A stretch of 48,526 nucleotides of DNA, from NCBI GenBank assembly GCA_042584825.1, contig JBHOSK010000003.1, forward strand, positions 1 to 48,526. Reading direction: 5' to 3'. Within the stretch, counting starts at the first letter, position 1; every line of letters begins with the position of its first letter. Both the position numbers and the translations under genes were made by a program. The DNA comes from Candidatus Aenigmatarchaeota archaeon. Lineage in GTDB: Archaea > Aenigmatarchaeota > Aenigmatarchaeia > GW2011-AR5. The notes under the pieces were generated by a model, which had not been told where the DNA came from, did not search any database, and saw only the letters and a list, made by a program, of their open reading frames with translations. Shown in pieces: positions 19,521-29,383 of this stretch.

Positions 19521-20474
19521 CTATATCTTAGGGTTGTTTATATTATTAGGTTGAGGTGTAACGTTTTTTTCTATGGGTTTATTTGCACTTTTTTTGGCCT
19601 TTTCTTTGGTTTCTTCAATTTCGGGTTTTGTGGTGATTTTTTGCGCTGGTTGTGTCGCGACTGGTGCTGGTTCCCGTGGCTTCATCTCGTTAACAAATCT
19701 TCTCCATGAATTTGTTTTTGCATCCAACCAAACCCACTCGTTGGGTTTCAACAGCCGACAAGCATTTGATATTGGTGTTGGAAGGTTTGTATTTTTCAAT
19801 AAGTCTGACCAGAACTGACCAATAATTGGGGTTGTGTTATTCAAAATTTTATTATTGAGTGGGAATTGTGACACAACTATAACCTGTATATTCTTTTTTT
19901 GTCCTGCTGAAATTATTGGAAGAATGTGTTCTTCATATTCTGATGCATTTTCAATAACTAAAAGTTCGGGTTTCTTTTCTACACGATCCATTAGACTAGA
20001 AAAATATTCTATCAGGAACTGTTTTTCTGTTTCCTTTTCTTTGAACTCTGGTTGTATTACAATACTACCCTTTTCTGTGTCACATAAGTCTCGTATTCTC
20101 CTTGCCTCTTGTTTTGCCCAAAATCGTTCTAGCACTGCTTCTTTTTCTGTTTCTTGCTCTTGTTTTTCTCGTTTTACAGCATAAACAGTACCTAAATTTG
20201 AGTATTCTTTGTTAGGATCTATGATAATTTTTCTTCTGGTTAGCATAGGTAGTATAGTTTTCATTAATCGTGTTTTACCACTACCTAATTTACCAAGAAC
20301 TATGTAATTTTGGTCTTCCTTGAAAAGTATCCTTTTTTCATCCATTTTAAAATAGTCTAACCATACGGCTACCGCTTCCCTTACTATCTTACTTGCTTTT
20401 GTCTTGTCTTCATGGAGTCGTTTATAAAGCGGACCAGGGAATCTAACATTAACAAAAAACGTCTTTGATGCCAT
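19521..20474 (-). CDS. RHH-like domain fused to HerA/VirB4-like P-loop domain with degenerate Walker B
   Basis: N-terminal VNVRFP..LY..L...SKIVREAV, Walker A GKLGSGKT, IIIDPNKEY, LLVIENA, IVVSQ, low-complexity C-terminal tail. Confidence 0.75.
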   Translation of the reverse strand: MASKTFFVNVRFPGPLYKRLHEDKTKASKIVREAVAVWLDYFKMDEKRILFKEDQNYIVLGKLGSGKTRLMKTILPMLTRRKIIIDPNKEYSNLGTVYAVKREKQEQETEKEAVLERFWAKQEARRIRDLCDTEKGSIVIQPEFKEKETEKQFLIEYFSSLMDRVEKKPELLVIENASEYEEHILPIISAGQKKNIQVIVVSQFPLNNKILNNTTPIIGQFWSDLLKNTNLPTPISNACRLLKPNEWVWLDAKTNSWRRFVNEMKPREPAPVATQPAQKITTKPEIEETKEKAKKSANKPIEKNVTPQPNNINNPKI

Positions 20475-20511
20475 ATAGAAATAAAATAGTTGTCTTTTGA
20501 CTTAAAGTTAA

Positions 20512-21264
20512 TTAAACCAACATAAACAAGAAGTAAGTTAATAAAAGTTCTCTGAATAGTGCTAACCTGCTTTTCTGTTTTCTCATTTTGAGTGTTTTTT
20601 CTGAGTAATATTTGCCATCGTCAGACACTATCTCTATAATAATGTCTCTGCTTGACCACACGGTTGGTTCATAATATAATGATATCTTCTTCATTTCGTT
20701 TGGTTCTAATGAGATTAGTGTTTCTTGTTCAATTATCCAACCTGGAACAAATTTTTTCGGTATTATTTTTATGTCTCTTGCTGATTGGTTGCTGGTTAGT
20801 GTAAATGTTATTGTGTTATCATAAACTTTTACTTGTTTTATATCAAATATGTTTTCGGTTTCTGTTGTGGTCTGTTTTTCTGTGTTTATTTCATCAAGTT
20901 CTACTATTTCATTTGCAAAATAAACTCTGGGTATGATTGTAAAATTCCCTTTTTCATTAATGTACCAATATATCTTGTTTGTGTGTGTATTTCCTGGGAA
21001 AAAATTGTGTTTTTTTGACCATCCTGTAAAGATTTTTTCATCATTATTGAAAATGTCTAGTCTTATTCGTGTATTATAAGCAAATGATCCTGAATTAAAA
21101 AATTCTATGTCAAACAAAACCGGAGTGTCTGATATATTATAATTGAAATAGTTTATCTCTCCTTTTAGTAATGGGTTTATTTTAACATCTATGCTGGTTG
21201 CGTTAACTAAAGAAATAATAAAACAAAATGATATTATTGTTGCTGCTAAAAATTTCATATTCAT
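20512..21264 (-). CDS. Secreted or membrane-anchored two-Ig-domain protein
   Basis: Signal peptide, FFNSGS...FFPG...W...G.F pattern shared with the 427-aa and 323-aa proteins, hydrophobic C-terminus. Confidence 0.8.
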   Translation of the reverse strand: MNMKFLAATIISFCFIISLVNATSIDVKINPLLKGEINYFNYNISDTPVLFDIEFFNSGSFAYNTRIRLDIFNNDEKIFTGWSKKHNFFPGNTHTNKIYWYINEKGNFTIIPRVYFANEIVELDEINTEKQTTTETENIFDIKQVKVYDNTITFTLTSNQSARDIKIIPKKFVPGWIIEQETLISLEPNEMKKISLYYEPTVWSSRDIIIEIVSDDGKYYSEKTLKMRKQKSRLALFRELLLTYFLFMLV

Positions 21265-21276
21265 AACATCACTTAT

Positions 21277-21765
21277 TTACCATATAGTAATTTTTGGTCT
21301 TTTTGCTGTAACATCTATTTTACCGCTATAGTTTCCTGGTGTGGCATTTTTTGCGTTCATGATGATCTTTACAGATTTCTTTTCGTTGCCATTTAATTTA
21401 AAATTGTTTTGTTCGAACTCCATAAAAGGACTTATTGTACCTTTTACACTAAAAATAATTTCAACTCCGTAATCTTCTGGGTTTTCCAAGTCAATAAACC
21501 TGTGGGAGCCGCCTGCTTTTGCAGGTATAATACCAAAATTAAGATCTGTTGTGTCTACGTTCATACCTATTGTTAATCTTTCCATTGAATCGGGCAAATC
21601 TACAACTTCAACTGATGTAGCATATGTTACGGTTTCGTATACAAAAAAAAGATCTGTTCTTAGATTGTTATCAATCACGACATTTCCTGTTGTGCTTGTT
21701 CCTAAAAAAAGTATTGAAATTGCAATTACTATAACTATAATTACAATGTAGTGTTTTTTTTCCAT
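21277..21765 (-). CDS. N-terminally anchored Ig-like protein
   Basis: N-terminal TM, LNFG.IP...IDLEN...PGNYSGKI pattern. Confidence 0.8.
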   Translation of the reverse strand: MEKKHYIVIIVIVIAISILFLGTSTTGNVVIDNNLRTDLFFVYETVTYATSVEVVDLPDSMERLTIGMNVDTTDLNFGIIPAKAGGSHRFIDLENPEDYGVEIIFSVKGTISPFMEFEQNNFKLNGNEKKSVKIIMNAKNATPGNYSGKIDVTAKRPKITIW

Positions 21766-21774
21766 ACAATCCCC

Positions 21775-22746
21775 TTAATCTGATTTTTTATATTTGTATA
21801 TTACAATTATTACTAGTATTATTATAATTATCAATAAAATTAATGTAAATGGAATTTGTTCTTTTTCCACAATAAGTCTTCCTGTAATATGCAACAAATC
21901 TTCTGATACTGTTACATTTGCGTATTTTTCTGTTTGATTCGTTATGTAATCAACCGTTGTTAAAACAGAATAATTGCCTTCTGCTAATGCTAATCGCACC
22001 GGAGCACTCATTACTGTTGTACTTCCTGGTGCTACTTTGTGTTTTGATGATTTGAATTCTCCTAAATATGTTCCATTAATATCGTACAGGTGTTGTATTG
22101 CTCTTGCTGTCATTGTAACTGTACCTGTATTTTTAAAAAATGTGCTTAAATCAAATTCTGTAGATCTGTAGTTTTTCAATACCGTATCTAAAATCTTTCC
22201 TTTTCTTGTTGCTTCACCAGGAACCTTAAAAAGAACATTAAATGAAACAACCGCAACGAGTCTTGTTCCTCCTGCTTGCATATCGTCGCTTGATACTGCT
22301 GGGGCTGGCATTACGTTTATTAAGTGATATCCTGGTTCTATTTCTTGTGGGACATCCAATAATAATGAGACGGTTTTCCATCCCCTTATGTTTGGTGTGG
22401 TTGCGTCTGGGTTGGGAATTATTTCAATCGGGCTCTCTGTCGGAGTTAACCACTCATGCACAGCTTGCTCAGAATAATTATGAATTTTATCCTTATACCG
22501 GGAGCCAGGAAAGAAGTTTATACTTCCTGGAGATGTTTTCAAATCAACGAAAATTGTCTCGGTTGATTGTGTTACAATAGAAAACGCGATCATTTTTTGT
22601 TCGCCTGGATTAATATCAACTTCTGCCATATTTGGTGATATTCCTATTGAATATTTTGATTGTGCAGTAACAACTGACGAAAAAATAAACAAAATTAGTA
22701 AGAAAAAAGTTATATGTTTAATAATCATAATCTTTTTATATCGCAA
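21775..22746 (-). CDS. Membrane-anchored two-domain protein resembling WxL-interacting (DUF916/DUF3324-like) assembly proteins
   Basis: IGISP...INPGE, EWL, VP...EPG.H, FKNTGTV, VAPG, GNY...VDY, C-terminal TM plus Lys. Likely start ATG 22728. Confidence 0.75.
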   Translation of the reverse strand: MRYKKIMIIKHITFFLLILFIFSSVVTAQSKYSIGISPNMAEVDINPGEQKMIAFSIVTQSTETIFVDLKTSPGSINFFPGSRYKDKIHNYSEQAVHEWLTPTESPIEIIPNPDATTPNIRGWKTVSLLLDVPQEIEPGYHLINVMPAPAVSSDDMQAGGTRLVAVVSFNVLFKVPGEATRKGKILDTVLKNYRSTEFDLSTFFKNTGTVTMTARAIQHLYDINGTYLGEFKSSKHKVAPGSTTVMSAPVRLALAEGNYSVLTTVDYITNQTEKYANVTVSEDLLHITGRLIVEKEQIPFTLILLIIIIILVIIVIYKYKKSD

Positions 22747-22770
22747 AAAGTCTTTATAATTATCGTAAAA

Positions 22771-22825
22771 GGGTGTCTGTGGTCAAGTATTAATCGTGGG
22801 GATGATTAATACATAAAACACATCC
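22771..22825. promoter_or_regulatory. Nested inverted repeat (hairpin) between divergent genes
   Basis: GTATTAATCGT (22787-22797), GGGG loop, ATGATTAATAC (22802-22812). Outer GGGTGT/ACATCC pairing. Confidence 0.5.
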
Positions 22826-22906
22826 TACGTGGTTAGAAGCCTTGTTATTTTTTCTTAGTTTCGAGAATAAAAAACTTTATATATCACTTAAAATCAAGAT
22901 TTATGT

Positions 22907-23794
22907 ATGAAGAACGCGATAACCATATCAGTAGTCATATTCATAATCGTTGCTATCTCTGTACTTGTAACAGCAAATCCGGATACAGCGATAATTCATG
23001 TTGGTATCGATCAACTGAATCAACTAACATTACAACCAGATAACCTAAACTGGAGTAATGTGACATTAGGAGATCGTGGTGGCTTCAAATACATTGATAT
23101 TCGAAATACGGGTTCCATAAATCTTACAAACATATATGGATATGTGTCCACACTTGACAATGAAACTACAAGACCATACGAATCTGACCAAGCTATTGAT
23201 TATTCTGCCGGTGGAGTACTAGTATTAAGAAACGAAAGTGAAAACAGAATTTATTTTGCAGGGAGACTTGAATGGAACTGGACAAGTAATGTTAGTAATA
23301 CAAATCTGAGCAATATGTCGGTTGATTGGACAACTCCAATGGCACAAGGCTTTCTGAGAAATTCTAGTAGTCAATATTACTGGGCTGTTAGAAATGGTAC
23401 TGGTGGTGAATGTAATGCAACGGATACATTACTCGCAATAGAGGATCAACCTGACAATGGTACTATTCAAACCAGGTTTCCTGGAGTAGAGAATGTTACA
23501 TTTGATTCTGCTGAAGATGGTTGGGGAATATTCTCAGTTACCAGAGATGACAGCATATATAATGGATATTGTATTGCCGTTAACGCCACTTGTGATAATA
23601 TATACCTATACAAATACGATTATAGAACAAGTCCTGGATTTGATCAATGTAGTAATGTCAGATACATAAGAGCTCTTGATCTGGCACCTGGTAAAGAAGA
23701 AACCATGACACTAGATGTTCATATCCCACTAGGTATGCCTGACGGTGTAATGTCACCAGTAACATTAACAATATCAGGAACAGGTACTCAATAA
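22907..23794 (+). CDS. Secreted putative fibre/pilin subunit, NPDTA paralog 3
   Basis: Signal peptide ending VTA|NPDTA. Aligns end to end with paralogs 1 and 2. Confidence 0.87.
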   Translation: MKNAITISVVIFIIVAISVLVTANPDTAIIHVGIDQLNQLTLQPDNLNWSNVTLGDRGGFKYIDIRNTGSINLTNIYGYVSTLDNETTRPYESDQAIDYSAGGVLVLRNESENRIYFAGRLEWNWTSNVSNTNLSNMSVDWTTPMAQGFLRNSSSQYYWAVRNGTGGECNATDTLLAIEDQPDNGTIQTRFPGVENVTFDSAEDGWGIFSVTRDDSIYNGYCIAVNATCDNIYLYKYDYRTSPGFDQCSNVRYIRALDLAPGKEETMTLDVHIPLGMPDGVMSPVTLTISGTGTQ

Positions 23795-23917
23795 ACTATT
23801 TTTTTATCTACTATTTAGATTCTCTTATCTCTTTTTTAAATTTCTCAAGTGTTCTGGGTATGTCTTCTTCTTTTACACCAAGCATTTTACTAAGCTTTCG
23901 TAATACTTTTGTCTCTT

Positions 23918-26632
23918 TCATTTTGTCACCATTTCGCGCCATAGGATTTTGATAACGTCATCCAACTTGGCTTTATCAAAACCAATGCCTTGTCCTAGCT
24001 GAGATGATCCACCACCACGGCCACCAAGGTCTTCACATGCTCTCTTGATTATATCTCCAATATTAACTCCTGTTTTTTGGCCTGCTGATCCTATTACGTA
24101 TATTTTATCGGATATTCCAAACAAAATAACTAATCTGTCGTTGTCTGACAAAATTTTTGACACTTTTTGTATTAATTTATGGTCACCGTCTTGTATTTTA
24201 CCTATAATTGTTTTCTTTACCATTCTTTTACTCAAAAAAGATGCAACATCTTCTGCTTTGTGTTCTTTTTGTTTTTCTATTGATTTTTTTGATGATTTCC
24301 ATTCATTGAAAAGTTTTTCGGTTGATTTTAGTATGTTTTTTTCATCTGTACCCAGAATACGCTTGATTTGTATTAACAGTAATGTTTTTTCTTCTAAATA
24401 ATCGTTAGCTGCTTCCCCGGATACGAGTGTCAATCTAACTATACCGTCCTGTATGCGTTCTGCTGAAGTTATTATTATCTTTCCTGCATCTTTTGTGTTA
24501 TCTAAGTGTGTACCACCACAGGCTTCTGTGTCAACGCCTGTAATGCTTATTATTCTTAGTTCTTTTTCAGGAACAGCACCTCCTTGATATATTTTTATAC
24601 CGTAAAGTTTCTCTGCTTTTGTTCTAGGCATAACGGTTTTCTTTATTCTTAATTTCTTTTTTACTATGTCATTGGCTTTTTTCTCTATTTTCTCTAGTTC
24701 TTCTAGTGTTAATGGTTTGTAATGTGTCAAATCTATGTGAGCCTTCTTTATTGTTTTGTGTGCACCTGCTTGCCATACATGGTTTCCAAGAACTTTGCGT
24801 GCTGCACCATTTATAATATGTATTGCTGTATGGTGTCGTGCAAGTTGCTTTCTTCTGTTAATATCGATTTTACCGTGAACTGTATTGCCTTTCTTGATTG
24901 TTGGTGATTCTATTACATGAACTATGATATTTCCTATCTTTTCCACGTCATATACTGTATTTTCATCTAGAAAACCAGAATCTGGTTCTTGTCCACCAGA
25001 ACGTCCATAGAATAATGTTTTATCAAGTACTACATACTTGTTATCTATTATTTTCAAAACTTTTGCATCGAACTCTGATCCTTTTGTATTTTTGTAGAAT
25101 AATGTTTCTGTTGCTGGTAGTCCTGATAAATCAATGTCTAATCCCTCTTTAGAATTGTCTTTCATGTGCTTTTCTGATATTTCTCTATAGAAGTTTGGTG
25201 GTATTTTTACATCTATATTTAATTTTTTCCCTACTTCTTTAATAAGTTCTGGTGTTATTCCGTGTGATTCATAAAGTTCTGATAATTTATCGTTATCTAA
25301 CGCAATATCTTTTTTAATTAAATTTTCAATTGTTGACGCGCTTCGTTTTTTCATCGTTTTAAACCGGTCTTTTTCTGTGTTTATTATGTCTGATACGTTA
25401 TCTAAATCTTTTGTTATCCGTGGAGAGAATTTTTTCAGGTACAGTGCGTGGGCGTTGCATACATCAAGGATATCAATGTCGATATCATATTCGTCTATGA
25501 AGCTAAGTGCTCTTCTTAAAATAACACGCAGATTATATCCACCACCAACATTACTTGGTAAGAGTCCGTCTGTTATTGAATAGAGCAATGTTTTTGCATG
25601 ATCAGCGATGGCATAAACTGCTTCTGCTGGTCCTGTTTTTTCAATAAGTTTCTCATAACTTATTCCTAACTGTTCAGCAACCCTTTTCTTTGCAAGTTTG
25701 TAATCTTTCACATCTTCTATATCAAGAGTAGCAGATATTTTTGAATACTCTTTGAAGAATTTTTTGTCAAAGTTTATTTTTCTTTTTAATTTGTTCATTA
25801 AAGGTCCGAATATTGCATCATAACATGTTGGTGTTCCTTGGGATAACCATGTGAAACGTTCAAGCCCCGCGCCCATGTCGATTACTTTGAAATCCATTTT
25901 TGTGTGATTTTCTGGTGTACCAACAAATTCTGTAAAAACTGCGTTACCTAGTTCTAATCCACGTACAAAATATTCCAGAGAACTACCAAATGCATTAGGT
26001 CCTAGCCAAACTTCTTCTAAGAATGATATTTCATCGGGTGATATGCCAAAAACTTTTGTTAGTAATTCGTAATCAAGTTCAATACATCTGTCTTTCCAAT
26101 ATCCAGCCCTAGGGCGGTCATCAGAATATTTAGCATGTTGCCCAATCATAACAAAATTTGTTAAGTGTCGTCCTGTTACTCCTACATTTGGGATATCATT
26201 AAAACGAAGACATTGTTGTGGTACTATTAGGGGATTTGCAGGAAATTCAAAAGTAGTTCTGTCGGCGACGGATCGTTGGAAGGCTACTATACTAGCAACT
26301 GTATAATATAGCCCTGGAAACCATCTACAAACAACCGGATAACTCTCTACTGACGTGTGTTTATTCTTTACAAAAAAGCGTTCAATCGCTTTCCATGTTT
26401 GTATGTAATCAAATTTTTTCTTTGTTAGTTTCTTACCAATAAACTCGTATTGCGTGCATGGTGGATTGGGACAGAGCTTACGCTCACTAATGGACCAAAA
26501 AAAAGATCCACACTTTTGGCATTTTTGACGTGTAAATCCGTGTTCTTCGAAAAGAGATACTTTATAAAATTTTTCGTGGTCTTTTGAGAACCTTTGTGTT
26601 AGTTGTTCTTTTTTATTCAAATTGCTACTCAT
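23918..26632 (-). CDS. alaS: Alanine--tRNA ligase, archaeal type
   Basis: N-terminal CxxC, CLRFND..NVG.TGRH, LELGNAVF, DMGAGLER, editing HTAIH and ACGGTH, C-terminal GGRGGG. Confidence 0.98.
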   Translation of the reverse strand: MSSNLNKKEQLTQRFSKDHEKFYKVSLFEEHGFTRQKCQKCGSFFWSISERKLCPNPPCTQYEFIGKKLTKKKFDYIQTWKAIERFFVKNKHTSVESYPVVCRWFPGLYYTVASIVAFQRSVADRTTFEFPANPLIVPQQCLRFNDIPNVGVTGRHLTNFVMIGQHAKYSDDRPRAGYWKDRCIELDYELLTKVFGISPDEISFLEEVWLGPNAFGSSLEYFVRGLELGNAVFTEFVGTPENHTKMDFKVIDMGAGLERFTWLSQGTPTCYDAIFGPLMNKLKRKINFDKKFFKEYSKISATLDIEDVKDYKLAKKRVAEQLGISYEKLIEKTGPAEAVYAIADHAKTLLYSITDGLLPSNVGGGYNLRVILRRALSFIDEYDIDIDILDVCNAHALYLKKFSPRITKDLDNVSDIINTEKDRFKTMKKRSASTIENLIKKDIALDNDKLSELYESHGITPELIKEVGKKLNIDVKIPPNFYREISEKHMKDNSKEGLDIDLSGLPATETLFYKNTKGSEFDAKVLKIIDNKYVVLDKTLFYGRSGGQEPDSGFLDENTVYDVEKIGNIIVHVIESPTIKKGNTVHGKIDINRRKQLARHHTAIHIINGAARKVLGNHVWQAGAHKTIKKAHIDLTHYKPLTLEELEKIEKKANDIVKKKLRIKKTVMPRTKAEKLYGIKIYQGGAVPEKELRIISITGVDTEACGGTHLDNTKDAGKIIITSAERIQDGIVRLTLVSGEAANDYLEEKTLLLIQIKRILGTDEKNILKSTEKLFNEWKSSKKSIEKQKEHKAEDVASFLSKRMVKKTIIGKIQDGDHKLIQKVSKILSDNDRLVILFGISDKIYVIGSAGQKTGVNIGDIIKRACEDLGGRGGGSSQLGQGIGFDKAKLDDVIKILWREMVTK

Positions 26633-26686
26633 ATACTCTAATAATATTTAGAAGATTTTTATAGGTTTAATGGTAATGTTATATCG

Positions 26687-27253
26687 ATGTCAAAATTAGA
26701 GGTAATATGTGGACCCATGTTTTGTGGCAAATCAGAGGAGCTAATAAGGCGGTTAAAACGCATACAAATTGCCAAGAAAAAAATAATTGCATTTAAACCA
26801 AGTATTGATGATAGATACGATAAAACTCGAATTGCTTCTCATTCTGGAGCATTCATAGATGCTGTAGCAATTGATACGACCAAAGAAAGTATTGAAAGTA
26901 TTGTAGAAAAATCAAAAGATGCTGATGTCGTTGGTATAGATGAAATACAGTTTTTTGATGATCATATAATAAATATTGTTGATTTTCTAATAGACGGTGG
27001 TAAAGAAGTGGTTGTGGCTGGTCTTGATAAAGATTTTAGAAAAGAACCGTTTGGTCCAATGCCAATGCTTCTTGCAAAAGCTGATTATGTAATAAAATTA
27101 GATGCTATTTGTGTAAAGTGTGGTGAGCTAGCTACAACTACACAGCGCATAATTGAAGGTAAGCCTGCAAAGTACAGCGACCCTATAAAACTCGTTGGGC
27201 AAAAAGATAAGTATGAGGCGCGCTGCAGAAAGTGTCATGAAATTTTAAAATAA
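26687..27253 (+). CDS. tdk: Thymidine kinase
   Basis: GPMFCGKSEEL, GIDEIQFF, AGLDKDF, zinc-binding CVKC and CRKC. Confidence 0.97.
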   Translation: MSKLEVICGPMFCGKSEELIRRLKRIQIAKKKIIAFKPSIDDRYDKTRIASHSGAFIDAVAIDTTKESIESIVEKSKDADVVGIDEIQFFDDHIINIVDFLIDGGKEVVVAGLDKDFRKEPFGPMPMLLAKADYVIKLDAICVKCGELATTTQRIIEGKPAKYSDPIKLVGQKDKYEARCRKCHEILK

Positions 27254-27257
27254 AAAA

Positions 27258-27569
27258 TTAACCAAATAATGCGCCTAATCCTTCAGCTGCACTTTCTGCT
27301 TTTTTCTCTTTGTCTTCCTCACTTTCTTCTGGTTCAGCGCTTGCTTCTGCACCACCTGCTGCTGGAGCTGCTACTGGAGCTGCTGCTACAGGCATAGCTG
27401 CTTTTTCAATCACTTCGTCGATGTTTACACCGTCTAGTGCTGCTATAACTGCTTTTACTTGTGCATCTTCTATTTTATCACCAGTTGCTTCTGCTACTTT
27501 CTTTAGTGTTTCTTCTTTCACTTCCTTCTTAGCAGAGTGAAGTAACAATGCCGCGTATATAAGATTCAT
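27258..27569 (-). CDS. rpl12: 50S ribosomal stalk protein P1/L12
   Basis: [11 protein letters not shown], Ala-rich hinge, C-terminal GLGALFG. SD GAGGTGA before ATG 27569. Confidence 0.97.
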   Translation of the reverse strand: MNLIYAALLLHSAKKEVKEETLKKVAEATGDKIEDAQVKAVIAALDGVNIDEVIEKAAMPVAAAPVAAPAAGGAEASAEPEESEEDKEKKAESAAEGLGALFG

Positions 27570-27582
27570 TTTTTCACCTCCT

Positions 27583-28629
27583 TTATTTTGATTTTTGATT
27601 ATCATTTTCTGACGATTTTTCATCGTTCTTATTATCTGAATTTACGGACGCGTCTTTTTCATCAGCGGGTGCGTCACTCGGTTTTTCTTCGTTCTTATCT
27701 GAAACTTCGTTCTTAGTGTCTTTTACCTCATTTACTTCATTTGGTGTTTCTTCTTTTTTCTTTTCGTCTGGTTTTTCTTCGTTCTTTTCCTCAACTTTAA
27801 TATTCAATTTACTTTCTAACTCTTTTTCTTCTCTTACTGCTTTCATTATTAGCTCGTCAACAATATCTTTTGTTACAATATTTGCATCGATTGCAATGGC
27901 TTTAGCTTCTCTAAATGCTTTTTGTATTGCTAATGGTGCAACATCTTTTGTTATATATCCTATACCAATTGATAATTCAATTCCTTGTTGTACAGCTAAT
28001 TGTAGATTTCTTAAATATTCGTCTTGATCAATATCTAAAACGTCTTTTCCATAAATTACATCATTTTCCCAAATGGATGTTATATCAAGTCCAACTTCCA
28101 TTGGTTCAATTTTCAATAAAGAGAAAACTGCTATCATATCTTCTGTTATTGTATCGCCTTCTTTTGCAATAACCTTTTCTCTCATAACTGAAATTTTTCC
28201 TTGTTCTACTCCTGTTTTCAAACCAACTTTTTGGAATGTTGATATTGCAGGACCTGGTGCAACTGGGGTTGGTCCTTTTTTAATTGGAATATCTGCTATT
28301 GCGATTTGACCCGCTTTTGCTGATGCGGGTGCCCGATTTTCTTTTATTATCTTAAACAGTTTGAATGGATTATCTTTGGATAAAATTAATGCTACTTCTC
28401 CTGTTACACTATCCAATAAATTATCTAATTTTTTATCACTTCCTTTTAGAGCACGTAAAATTAGGTTTTTATTACTCATTCGAATTACTGTTGTTCCTCT
28501 TAAATTATCTCTAATTTCTTGTAGTTGCTTTGCTGGCATACCAAACATGTTAAGTGTTCCTATTACTGGATATTCGTCTATCAGTTTTTTCAGCTTCTCG
28601 GTTTCTTTTATTTTTTCGTTTTTGAACAT
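27583..28629 (-). CDS. rpl10: 50S ribosomal protein uL10/P0
   Basis: [21 protein letters not shown]...PGP, charged C-terminal tail, operon position. Confidence 0.96.
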   Translation of the reverse strand: MFKNEKIKETEKLKKLIDEYPVIGTLNMFGMPAKQLQEIRDNLRGTTVIRMSNKNLILRALKGSDKKLDNLLDSVTGEVALILSKDNPFKLFKIIKENRAPASAKAGQIAIADIPIKKGPTPVAPGPAISTFQKVGLKTGVEQGKISVMREKVIAKEGDTITEDMIAVFSLLKIEPMEVGLDITSIWENDVIYGKDVLDIDQDEYLRNLQLAVQQGIELSIGIGYITKDVAPLAIQKAFREAKAIAIDANIVTKDIVDELIMKAVREEKELESKLNIKVEEKNEEKPDEKKKEETPNEVNEVKDTKNEVSDKNEEKPSDAPADEKDASVNSDNKNDEKSSENDNQKSK

Positions 28630-28631
28630 GT

Positions 28632-29312
28632 TTACACCTTTATTTTAACTGCACTTGACATTGTGAGTTTTATGAAAATTGTTTTTATTTGATTCTTTCC
28701 TTTTGGAAGTATTTTTTCTAATTCATTGATAACGCTGTTTGCATTTTTTTCAATTTCTTCATCACTCATTTTTTCTATACCGATTGGTACATGCATTGTT
28801 GGCAATGTTGTTAATCTTAAACGTACCGCTTTTTTCTTTGCTTCGACTATTTTATCGGTTGGGCCTCTTGGTGGGAATGGTGAAGGCATTTTACCTAAAG
28901 GACCTAAATATTTTCCTAAAACTTTACCGACAAAAGGCATTAATGGGGCTTCACAAATGAAAAAATCATTTTCTCTTATCATTTTTCTCATTGCTTTTTT
29001 ATCTAACCCTTCTAAAAATGGTTTTGTATATGCTCCTTCAATATTATCAGAAATTATACCAACTGTAACATCTTTTCCACGACCGTGTGGTAGTATGACT
29101 TCTTTTGAAAATTTGTTTTCTGGTTTACGTAGGTCTATGTTTTTGAAATTTACAATAATATCAATTGTTTGTGTAAAGTTTCTTTTTTTAGAACTTGACT
29201 TAGCTAACTTTATTGCTTCTATCATAGAAAATTCTTTGTTTTCTTGTGCTTTTTCTTGTGCTTTTTCTTGTGCTTTTTCTTGTGCTTTTTCTTGTGCTTT
29301 TTCTTCACTCAT
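28632..29312 (-). CDS. rpl1: 50S ribosomal protein uL1 with N-terminal (AQEK)n extension
   Basis: KRNFTQT, LPHGRG, LGPLGKMP, KLTM. Confidence 0.96.
   Translation of the reverse strand: MSEEKAQEKAQEKAQEKAQEKAQENKEFSMIEAIKLAKSSSKKRNFTQTIDIIVNFKNIDLRKPENKFSKEVILPHGRGKDVTVGIISDNIEGAYTKPFLEGLDKKAMRKMIRENDFFICEAPLMPFVGKVLGKYLGPLGKMPSPFPPRGPTDKIVEAKKKAVRLRLTTLPTMHVPIGIEKMSDEEIEKNANSVINELEKILPKGKNQIKTIFIKLTMSSAVKIKV
29239..29304. repeat. 12-bp tandem repeat, about 5 copies, in the 5' end of rpl1
   Basis: TGTGC recurs at 29245, 29257, 29269, 29281 and 29293 within identical TTTTCTTGTGCT units. Confidence 0.9.
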
Positions 29313-29383
29313 ATCAATAACCTCCTACAATTAAAATGAATTGTAGTATAACGGATATTATTCAAATAAGTAGGTGCTAACCT

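Noticed and set aside
18659-19531. ORFs antisense to the GNAT gene or within the repeat gap
   Set aside because: Mutually overlapping, no motifs, atypical composition.
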